A stretch of DNA of 19,796 nt from Octopus sinensis (taxonomy: Eukaryota), in contig NW_021824069.1 in assembly GCF_006345805.1 (NCBI RefSeq), positions 1 through 19,796 on the forward strand. The letters run 5' to 3'. The translations under genes were made by a program, and so were the position numbers. Below the pieces are notes generated by a model. It searched no databases. It saw nothing but the letters and a program-made list of their open reading frames with translations, and had not been told where the DNA came from. Below are positions 9,916 through 19,796 of this stretch, piece after piece. The first letter of the stretch is position 1, and the number at the start of each line of letters is the position of its first letter.

Positions 9916-10024
9916 ATGTCTCTCTTTCGCTTTATTTCATCCTCCCTCTCGCTCTCTCCACATTTATCCATTTCTTTTTCCTATCTATTTCTCTTTTCCA
10001 AACTAAGTATATATTTTCGTATAT

Positions 10025-10464
10025 AGAGGGTGAAGAAACTGTCGTCTCAATTACGCAAAAATTAATGTAACACTGACATCTCAATTTAGCAGATATATTT
10101 ACCCAAATTACATAAGAATATCTTGGAATACTAAAGAGTAAAGTTATTCAATAAAATCGCCATTGGCTTCAACCACAGCCTCCAGGAGACTTCAGAATCT
10201 CTTGCAACTCTTCTGGACGGTCTCTTTTAAGTTGTTGAATGCTGCCACAATACTTGCCTTCAGTTTCTCCTTGGTGTGACAAGGAGTCTTGTTGGTCTCT
10301 TGCTCAACTGCCCCCCACACAAAATAACTAAGGGGTATACAGCCTGGGGAATTATGTAGCCAGATTTTAGGGGTGATGTGGTCACAAAAATTGTCTGACA
10401 TCCATGACTGCGTTCTCCTGCTTGTGTGGCATGGTACCTAGTGCTGTTGCCAGAAATAGGATCT
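10025..10464 (-). mobile_element. Tc1/mariner DD37D (maT-like) transposon 3' remnant: transposase pseudogene (10144-10464) plus probable TIR near 10025
   Basis: Minus frame reads RSYFWQQH*VPCHTSRRTQSWMSDNFCDHITPKIWLHNSPGCIPLSYFVWGAVEQETNK...RF*SLLEAVVEANGDFIE*. This is a decayed WQQDSAPCH...WPPNSPDxNPLDY with 37 residues between the 2nd and 3rd Asp positions, both mutated. The element ends in TA-GAGGGTG. Confidence 0.88.
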
Positions 10465-10673
10465 ATCTACCTATCTATGCCGCTCTCTCAAATGAGCAAA
10501 TAGCACCATCTGGTGAGAGGAATTCGAATTGTAACTTGCTGTGTCTCTCTGTAGAAAACTACCATCCTATATTCTGCAAGAATACCCAGGAAGAATAATG
10601 AGATTTGATGAGATTTGTTATAAACAATCTCCAAGATAAAATATCTGCTAAAAATAGCTAGCATCCATTAGCG

Positions 10674-10696
10674 TAATAATAATAATAATAATAATA

Positions 10697-10741
<45 letters not shown>

Positions 10742-10889
10742 TGATGATGATAATGATGATGATGATAATGATGATGATAATAAAAATAATAATAATGATA
10801 AAATAATAATAATAATGATGATAATAATAATAATAATAATAATATAATAATAATAATAATAATAATAATATAATAATAATAATAATAAT
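10674..10889. repeat. (AAT)n/(GAT)n microsatellite
   Basis: Direct inspection; 5' flank of the R4/Dong copy. Confidence 0.95.
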
Positions 10890-11696
10890 ATAGAAATAGA
10901 CAAGAAAAATCCCAGCAATGGTTGAGAAGCTCAGGACTCAAAGCAGAAACAGAGGGATTTTTAATTGCAGCACAAGACCAAGCCTCCCCACCAGAAATTA
11001 CCAAAACATGTAATGAAAAGAAATATTACAAGTAACTGCAGAATATGTGGAGATGGACAAGAAACAATAATCATATTATCTCTAGCTGCCCAGTCCTGGC
11101 TAAGAAGGAATTATTCACAGACATGACAGAGTTGGAACCTACATACATTGGACTATGCCAACATTATGGAATAACACAGAAAAAAGATGGTATAGGCACA
11201 CACCAGAAAAGGTCACAGAAAACGAGAAAGCACCATACTCTGGGATATGCCGATACACACAGATAGAGAAATTAAGGCGAACAGACCAGATATAGTTGTC
11301 AGAGATCATGAAGAAAAAAATGCTTTCTAATGATGTATCAATACCGGCAGATGACAACGTGTCTCTAAAGAATGGAGAAACTCTCAAAATACAAAGACCT
11401 GGAAATAGAGGTAACTAGAATGTGGAACCTGAAAACAGAAACAATTCCTATCATAGTAGGTGCATTAGGCATGATAAAAAAATATTCAGACAAATACATA
11501 ACAAAAACACCAGGACTTACAAACACATATAACATACAGAAAATTGCACTACTAGGCACTGCACACATCCTACGCAGAACACTTTCCATACAATAACCAT
11601 CAAAGCATCACAACAAATCACAGCACATACCCAAGGCACACAGAGCTGCGCTCGGTAGTGAAGTGAAAGCACGCTATAAAAATAAAACTACTGAAT
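10890..11696 (+). mobile_element. 5'-truncated R4/Dong-clade non-LTR retrotransposon (zinc knuckle, REL endonuclease, 3' UTR), frameshifted
   Basis: Pieces across frames: WLRSSGLKAETEGFLIAAQDQSLPTRNY, CRICGDGQETI.HIISSCP (CCHC), ILWDMPIHTDREIKANRPDIVV, DVSIP (PD-D/ExK), EKLSKYKDL...IALLGTAHILRR*. Flanked on both sides by (AAT)n. Confidence 0.9.
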
Positions 11697-11699
11697 AAA

Positions 11700-11759
<60 letters not shown>

Positions 11760-11815
11760 TAATAATAATAATAATAATATATAATAATAATAATAAAATG
11801 ATAATAATAATAATG

Positions 11816-11890
<75 letters not shown>
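11697..11890. repeat. (AAT)n microsatellite
   Basis: Serves as both the LINE 3' tail/target and the tail of the oppositely oriented SINE. Confidence 0.95.
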
Positions 11891-11892
<2 letters not shown>

Positions 11893-12079
11893 TTTGGGGG
11901 GCGGTGGCCAGTCGATTAGATCGACACTATTACGCGACTGGTACTTAATTTATCGATCCCGAAAGGATGAAAGACAAAGTCTATCTCGGCGAAATTTGAA
12001 CTCAGAACGTAAAAAGAGACGAAGTACCGCTAAGCATTTCGCCCGGCGTGTTAACGTTTCTGCGAGCACACCACCTTTT
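11891..12079 (-). mobile_element. tRNA-derived SINE (octopus-type)
   Basis: Minus strand has an A-box-like head, B box GAGTTCAAATT, central CTTTCATCCTTTCGGGATCGATAAATTAAGTACCAG and an (ATT)n tail. Homologous to 15920-16152. Confidence 0.85.
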
Positions 12080-12160
12080 TAATAATAATAACAATAATAA
12101 TGATGATGATGTTGATGATGATGATCATGAGGAGGAGGAGGATGTTGAGAATGATAATAT

Positions 12161-12367
12161 TCATTTCAAATTTTGGTACGAGGCTAGCAAGCCCAGGGAA
12201 GCGAGTAAATCGATTAGATCGACCCTAGCCCTCAAAATGGTACCTATTTTTTTTTTAGACCCAGAAAGGATAAACGCGCGAAGTCGACTTCGGCGGAATT
12301 TGAATTCAGACGCTCGGAAAGCCGCTCTGCGTTTCGCTTCTTTCTGCTGACGATTCTACCATCTCGC
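12161..12367 (-). mobile_element. tRNA-derived SINE, diverged copy
   Basis: Minus strand has TGGTAGAATCG (A box), GAATTCAAATTCCGCCGAAGTCGACTT, the central domain and tail CCTCGTACCAAAATTTGAAA. Confidence 0.78.
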
Positions 12368-12400
12368 AAAAAATTAATAATAATAATAATGATAATAATA

Positions 12401-12454
<54 letters not shown>

Positions 12455-12755
12455 GTAATGGTATTCTTTTCAGCTATCATAAAGAGATGCAGTTTGCCTT
12501 GAGTTCAGGCGAAACAGAAGAATATAACCCAACATAATAGAATAAGCTGTGATACAATACAATGCTTTCACTACAGTGTAATATAATTTGATATAATATC
12601 ATTTCATATCATACTATATTATATACATATAGTATCGTATAAGATAATATGATATAATATAATATAGCAATGACGTTACAATGGAGTTCTGTCATACTTA
12701 ATAACTTTGAACGCCGAACGAAACCACAAGGAGGAAAATAATGATGATAATGATA

Positions 12756-12802
<47 letters not shown>

Positions 12803-13085
12803 AATAATAATAAAGAAGAACAAAAGGAATAAGGAGAAGAACAAGGAGAAGAAAAGAGGTGACTCACTTTAGAAGTAGGGGGTAATGTGGAAAGCGTTGT
12901 TTCAATGAGACATTAACTGTAAACAATTTGGAAAGGGATATATGTATATATGGCCAGATTGAGTGAAAAACTGGGTGTGTGTATGAGGGTGAGGGAAGAG
13001 GGGAAGTGGTTGAGGGTTTTCAAGAAAACCCTGCTTTCATTGGGATGCATATATACATATATATATATACATGTATATATATATA

Positions 13086-13126
<41 letters not shown>

Positions 13127-13246
13127 GACAAATATATATACGTACATATAAATATATGTTTAATATAAACATATATATACATGTATTTCGACATATACAA
13201 TATATATATATATTATATATATATTATATATACAATATATATATAT

Positions 13247-13283
<37 letters not shown>

Positions 13284-13895
13284 AAAAACGATAAGATAAC
13301 CAAAGAAAGAGACCTCAATATGTAAATAGAGGAAATATATATATGCATATACATATATATGGAGACACACATACATGTATATATATATTATATATATATA
13401 TACATACATAAGTTTGTACATACATATACCATATTTATATATACATGCATGTACATATATATGTACAGACACTCACATGTGTGTATGATGTGATATTTGC
13501 GTTTATCAGTGTACGTGTGTTTGTGTGTGTGTGCTTGAGTGCTTCTGTGAGTGTGTGTCTCTGTTTGTTTGTGTGTGTGTGTGTGTGTTTGAAGGATGAG
13601 TACAGATTCCCCTGTAACGTTTAGTAATGTTCTATATTTAATATGAAGCTTTTGTTGCAGCGCGAAATACAAAAATGAAAAACTTGATCGAATTATGAAA
13701 GAATGAAAGGGTGTCCGTGGTGGTGGTGCTGGTGGTGCTGGTGGTGATGTAACGGTGAGGAGGAAGAGGAGAAGGGGAGGAAGATATAGATGAGGAGCAG
13801 GTGCAGGTGTAGGAGATGGATGAATGCCTGTTGGATGACTGGTTGGCTGGTGAAATAGCTTTGCATTCATACTTAGGGTTTTTACATGTTGGAGA

Positions 13896-13939
<44 letters not shown>

Positions 13940-13992
13940 TATATATGTGCATACTTGTGTATAGATACATATATATGTATGTGTGCGCGTAC

Positions 13993-14042
<50 letters not shown>

Positions 14043-14069
14043 CTATATATATATATGTATAAACATATA

Positions 14070-14115
<46 letters not shown>

Positions 14116-14691
14116 CCTGTACAAATATTGTGATACAACATGATACGCATTCATATATTATATATGTATGTATGTATGTATGTATAAACACATACTGCAC
14201 ATATGAATAAGTGTATATTCATATAGGTTAGTGTGTGTCCATGTGTGTGCTTGTTCGTGTGGATGCGCGGTGGTGAAAAATAAATGAATGGGGAGGGGGG
14301 CAGCGTGGGAATTGGTGAATAGAAAGAATAAAAGAACGCAAGAATATTTTAGCTGGATAAAATGGAGGGATGGAGATGTGTATACAAATATATGGATGGC
14401 TGGATGTATGGATGTATGGATGCTAAAAGAATGGGACGGTTGAAAGGACGTTATAGATGTGTCGATTGCTTAGCGGATGTACGAGTCAAGTGAATGAACG
14501 AATGGCCGTGTAAGAATTAGATGCTTACAAAAGGGAAGACAATGCGTATTGGTCAAGCGAACTCCATTGTGCTTTACGCTAAATGAATATTTCCGTTGCT
14601 GTAGGAGTTATTGACGTCACACTAGTAAAATAACTCTGACGTGTGTATTCACATATTCAGAGGCTGAACTTTGCAACTGTTGTTACTACTG

Positions 14692-14713
14692 CTATTATCA
14701 TTATTATTATTAC

Positions 14714-14762
<49 letters not shown>

Positions 14763-14917
14763 TTTACTATTATTATTATTATTGTTATTATTGTTGTTGT
14801 TGTTGTTGTTATTATTATTATTATCATTATTATTATTATTAATATCCTTATTATTATTATTAATATTATTATTATTATTATTATTATCATCATCATCATC
14901 ATCATTATTATTATTAC

Positions 14918-14953
<36 letters not shown>

Positions 14954-15175
14954 TACTATCATTATTATTATTACTATTATTATTATTATTATTATTACTA
15001 TTACTATTATTACTATTATTATTATTATTATCATCATCATTATTATCATTATTATTATCATCATCATCATCATCATTATTATCATTATTATTATGATTAT
15101 TATTATTATTATTATTAATCTTCTTTTTCTTCTTCTTGTTTTTCTTATTATTATTATTAATATTTATTATTATTG
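14692..15175. repeat. Long (ATT)n/(ATC)n/(GTT)n compound microsatellite
   Basis: Direct inspection; source of the poly-I, poly-L and poly-M ORFs. Confidence 0.95.
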
Positions 15176-15412
15176 TCGTGGATATGTTAGATAAATATTA
15201 CACACGGTTACATGCCATACACATATGGAAACGTGTAGCTAACGACACTATTGTTCAACATTTGCCTCATTAATCAAATTAAACACCATTACACGCCACA
15301 CTCACACACACACGCACATGAACACCCATGCACACGTGCACACACGTATATACATATGTATAAACATACATGCTCTCGTGTAAGTGCGATAAATATATAT
15401 ATATACATACAT

Positions 15413-15461
<49 letters not shown>

Positions 15462-15879
15462 TAGATAGATACATATATTCATTCATATATATGTGTGTAA
15501 GTGAGTGGGTGTCATGTGTTAGAGGAGTGTTTGTCTAGATTAATAAACGGGACGTGAAGCATGAATCTGTATATATGAATGATTCGTAATTCCTGAAAAG
15601 GTTCAAGAGACAATTGGCTCAAGGGAGGTAAATTTCTAAAGAAGGAGCTTTCCATCGTTCTACAAACGAAAGCCAAATGTCTAAATTTCTATAACAATAA
15701 TTAAAGAACATGTAACAAATATTTGAAAAAATAACCATTATGTTCCTGTGTCAGGAACTCAGTTGAGGGAGGAATATGAAGAGAATATGGAAAACTTTCT
15801 CTAAAATATGTGCAGAAGTAGACACACAGACACTCACACAAACATACAGGTATACACACGCACACACACACACACACAC

Positions 15880-15919
<40 letters not shown>

Positions 15920-16152
15920 AAGGTGGAGAGCTGGCAAAAACGTTAGCACGCCGGGCGAAATGCGTAGCCGTATTTCGTCGGCCGCTGCGTTCTGAGTTCA
16001 AATTCCGCCGAGGTCGACTTTGCCTTTCATCCTTTCGGGGTCGATTAAATAAGTACCAGTTACGCACTTGAGTCGATATAATCGACTTAATCCGTTTGTC
16101 TGCCCTTGTTTGTCCTCTCCGTGTTGAGCCCCTTGTGGGTAGTAAAGAAATA
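15920..16152 (+). mobile_element. tRNA-derived SINE, full length
   Basis: AGCTGGCAAAAACG (A box), GAGTTCAAATTCC (B box), GTCGACTTTGCCTTTCATCCTTTCGGGGTCGAT central domain, tail ending CCCCTTGTGGGTAGTAAAGAAATA. Confidence 0.88.
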
Positions 16153-16189
16153 ATCATATATATGTATATGTTGTCCGTGCAACATTGAT

Positions 16190-16420
16190 ATTCCTCCCTG
16201 TTCTTGTGATATCTTGTATCCCTGCCGTAGGGCTTCATTTCCACACACGCCGACTTAATTTATTTCGTCCTTAGTCGAAAGACACCTGTTGTTATGTCCT
16301 GTTATTATTTTTATTGTAATTGTGTAACATTGTTCGTTTTTCCCGTCCTTGTTTTTGTATACATTCGTTGCTTTCTTCCAAGGAATCTAATGTTCTTAGC
16401 TTGGTTTTTCCTTGGGGCTC
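16190..16420. repeat. Probable dispersed repeat fragment abutting the LINE relic
   Basis: Pyrimidine-rich non-coding segment that truncates the LINE at 16421. Family and left boundary not established. Confidence 0.25.
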
Positions 16421-17660
16421 TAATCTGGATAGATTAACTCCAGATCTCTCAGTAGTTCCGCGTAGGTATTCTGTTTTTCACTGATCTTCAGCTTTCTGTT
16501 AACATCCGCTGAGCAGCTGATTTGCACAACAGTACACAGCCTCTCTTCTCTATTCTAAATCATTATACAAGGTCCGCTGTGCTTACATTTTCTCGAGGTC
16601 TTCACTGGGACATTCCACTTGTACTCTTTTTTTATTATGAGCGCCTATTGCTTCTACCATACTGTGGGTTCTTATTTCTTTGTCCTCGGTGTTATCCTTC
16701 CGACGGATTTCATTAGAGACTGTCCTAGCTACAGCATCATGTCTCATCGGTAGATAAACGGTAATGACATTTTCTGACAACTACTTGTAATGTGGAAGAT
16801 ATCTTCGATGTTAACTCCCCAAAGTCTGCAATATATTGCCAGATTTTACTGATTTTCCTGCATCTCTATCACTTTTCTCTCCAGCAGGTTTTGGTTGATA
16901 ATACCTGCTGGGAGGTAGTAATCCGTCTATTGGTTCATGATAGACTGCATTTATGATCAATGTTATTCTCATCTCGGAGCTTTCTACTAACATATCCATA
17001 CATAATCTTCTACTCATATATGCTCATCCTTTAATCTGATGATACGTTGCTGGAGAGTCGTGGAACTTCCTTGGGCATGTATTCTAGGTTATCAGACAAG
17101 GAATGTTGCTCAAGTTTCTGCCCCCCACGTTTTATGATGTTTTCAGCCTCATATATGCAAATTTAGTCAAGGGATGTATTTCGTCGCTTGGTTGTTAAAA
17201 AATCTTGTCGAAAAGATACGATACGATATTCAAAGGCATTTTGGATCGATGTTAAGCGTCAGCCATCTTGTTTTCGTTTTAGGTAGAGTAGTCTACGTCA
17301 CCGTTTATGTGCAAATTATGTGTGCTTGTTAGTATTTTTCGGGTTTCCATATTAATGGCTCGGATCTCATCGAGAGCCCAATCAAGCAGCCCAAATATGG
17401 GTATGAGTACTAGCACTGAAAACACATTGTGGGCCACTGTTTTATTGAATGCAGAGAGGTCTGAAGCCCAAATTTTCTTTATTCGGCTGTAATATTCTTT
17501 AGTGATATATTTTTTGTTACAGGTGCCATTGTAAGTTACGCTTTCATCCACCCCTATATACCTGTAACATTCCTCGTCTGACTCGTCTGATACAGGGGAA
17601 ACCGTCATGTTATTGATGGAGATGTTGCTAGTCTAGTTTACAGTTTTCCCTTCTCACAAC
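16421..17660 (-). mobile_element. Decayed R4/Dong-like non-LTR retrotransposon fragment, second subfamily (end of RT, thumb, zinc knuckle, REL endonuclease)
   Basis: ECYRYIG (RT motif 7), YYSRIKKIWASDLSAFNKTVAHNVF, CRLWGVNIEDIFHITSSC (decayed CCHC), YLPMRHDAVA, LCTVVQISCSADVN..KISEKQNTYAELLRDL. Many stops and frameshifts. Confidence 0.85.
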
Positions 17661-17662
17661 AA

Positions 17663-17732
17663 TGTATGTATGTATGTATGTATGTATGTATGTATGTATG
17701 TATGTATTTATATATGTACGTATGTATGTATG
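17663..17732. repeat. (TATG)n microsatellite
   Basis: Direct inspection. Confidence 0.9.
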
Positions 17733-17917
17733 TACAATGTGGTTCTAAACCGTTTCTATTGGTCTGGGAGTCTCATAGAAAACAAGCTTTTCAGATTGAA
17801 CAGAAAACTATTCGATTTGGAACCGAAATTTTTAGACTCGCACCGATGCCTATTCATCTAAAAATATTTTGATATGCGTATGTATGTATGTGTATATATG
17901 CATGTATATACATATAC

Positions 17918-17956
<39 letters not shown>

Positions 17957-18600
17957 TGCATATATATATACACACGTAAACATATGTGTATAATTATATA
18001 TCTGTTTATATCTTTACATGTACATACGCACACACGCACACAAACACTCACCATATGTATGTATGTATATATGTATTTATATATATTATAGTATATATTA
18101 TATATATGATATTAAAAAATATATTAGTATTTTATTATATATATATATATAGATATATATATATTATATATATATATACATACATATATATATTATATAT
18201 ACTATTATTAGATTATATATTATATATATATATATATATACAGAGAGAGAGAGAGAGATACTGATATATATATATGCACATACAATAGGACACTCGCACA
18301 CACTCGCACAAATACATGTTTATATATACATCCGCATACGTTGAATATCACAGAGGTTATCATGAAAAATGTGTGGTTCACAGCTAGATTTTAGAAGATA
18401 GAAGAGTCGATGCAGTATGGGGCAACATTATCTAGGATGTCCCAAGTTAGCATAAACACCAAATAAAAAACAGAAAAATAGGGTCAGCTGATAGCAAGGT
18501 CATTTTTTGCCGTTGACCTTTACCAGGCCTACGTAGCCTCTTTCTCTCTCGGTCTCTCTTTCTGTCCCTCTCACTCGCCCCTATTCGCTCTCTCTCTCTC

Positions 18601-18672
18601 TCCATCTCTCTCCCTCTTTGTCTCTCCATCTCTCTCCCTCTTTGTCTCTCCATCTCTCTCCCTCTTTGTCTC
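18601..18672. repeat. 24-bp CT-rich minisatellite, 3 copies
   Basis: TCCATCTCTCTCCCTCTTTGTCTC repeated three times within a (CT)n tract. Confidence 0.85.
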
Positions 18673-19397
18673 TCTCTCTCTCTCTCAGAAGTCACTCTGT
18701 CTTCCTCATTCTTTCACTGTTTTGTACGCATGTCCTATGATCGTTTATTAAAATGTATCTCCTTCTCACTCACAATCGCTTTCTGTTTCACTTAGTCAGT
18801 ATAAGTGTCTTTCTCTTTCTCTCTCTGTCTCTGTCTCTCTCTCATCTTTACCCTTCATCCTACCACTGTTTTGTCCATTCTTATCTCTGATTCACTATGT
18901 ATTAAAAATGTCTTCCTCTCAAACTCTCTTCTGTCTCTGCCTCTCAAACCTCGTAAATATATATATATATATATATATATATTCTCCTAACTCTTCCTAA
19001 CTCTTCCTTACACACACACAGAGTGTCTATCTATCTCTCTTACTGTCTTTCTCGTACCTACTGTTTTAATCATTATCTAAACTCATTGTTTAAACTTTTT
19101 TCTTTACAGAAATTTCTTAATATCTTTTCTGGTGACGTCGAGGTTTTCTTTTTTATCCCCTTTTCTTATTCTTTTCTTCTTTGAGTTCATCTCCGCCATT
19201 CTCCCCGAATACAGTTGCCTACGCACCCATAAAATATATATAAATATATCTACGTCAGTTTTGCGTATTTATGTATTTGCGTTCTACGTATATATATATA
19301 TATATATATATATAGTGTGTAAAGTGTATGTGTGGTATGTGTGTATATAAACTTATATTTATATTCGTATATATCCGTATCTACTTCAATCCTCTTT

Positions 19398-19425
19398 CCG
19401 ACGAAGAGCCATGCTCGAAACGTCA
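19398..19425 (+). ncRNA. Minimal Penelope-type hammerhead motif with U4-to-C change (probably inactive)
   Basis: CCGACGA-A-GAGC CAT GCTC-GAAA-CGTC-A: 4-bp stem II, palindromic ACGU stem III, GUC triplet. Stem I does not pair beyond 1 bp. Confidence 0.5.
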
Positions 19426-19532
19426 CTCTTCATAAAATATATAAAACATTACATGAATAAGTGGCAAACAGTTCTACAGGGCCGGACCAAAGAGGAACTC
19501 ATAAAAACCAAAGCCATCCTCATTACAATTAG

Positions 19533-19796
19533 GCAATGACACCTTTATCTGACATGCTCAACAGAACTGAATATGGATGCAACTGTTATAGCCATGCAAT
19601 CAGCCATCTCTTGTAAATGGATGATCTAAAACTGTATGCTGCAAATGGTAAACAGGTGGAAACATTATTTCAGACAATACATGGATTTGCCAGCGAAATA
19701 AACCCTAAAGAATATCAACAGAAAAAAGACGGTATATGCATATCCGAGAAAATGTCACAGTAAATGAGAAAGCAACCATATTCTGGGATATGCCAA
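19533..19796 (+). mobile_element. R4/Dong-like LINE fragment with RT catalytic motif joined directly to the endonuclease region; runs off the window end
   Basis: AMTPLSDMLNRTEYG...ISHLL*MDDLKLYAAN (YMDD with TAA at 19614-19616). 19711-19796 aligns with about 11171-11255 (ILWDMP region). Confidence 0.82.

Noticed and set aside
14520-14645. TGACGTCA CRE-like site and a possible 50-nt minus-strand micro-exon
   Set aside because: Single short motifs with no supporting context.

Overview
AT-rich, repeat-dense eukaryotic DNA with no intact protein-coding gene. The mix of (TA)n/(AAT)n microsatellites, tRNA-headed SINEs, R4/Dong-like LINE relics and a DD37D transposase relic suggests an octopus or other cephalopod intron or intergenic region (inference). 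The main feature is a 4.9-kb tandem array (904-5772) of ten ~483-bp units. Each unit carries a type I hammerhead ribozyme on the minus strand (7-bp stem I, CUGAUGA, GUAA-capped stem II, GAAA, stem III, predicted AUA cleavage). This is the architecture of a non-LTR retrozyme, predicted to yield ~483-nt monomer or circular RNAs. The array ends in a 317-bp inverted copy whose breakpoint falls inside the ribozyme, and both ends merge into (TA)n. Further hammerhead-like motifs occur at 6863-6925, 19398-19425 and 8658-8678. The rest is decayed transposons and simple repeats. Most ORFs in the supplied track are microsatellite translations.
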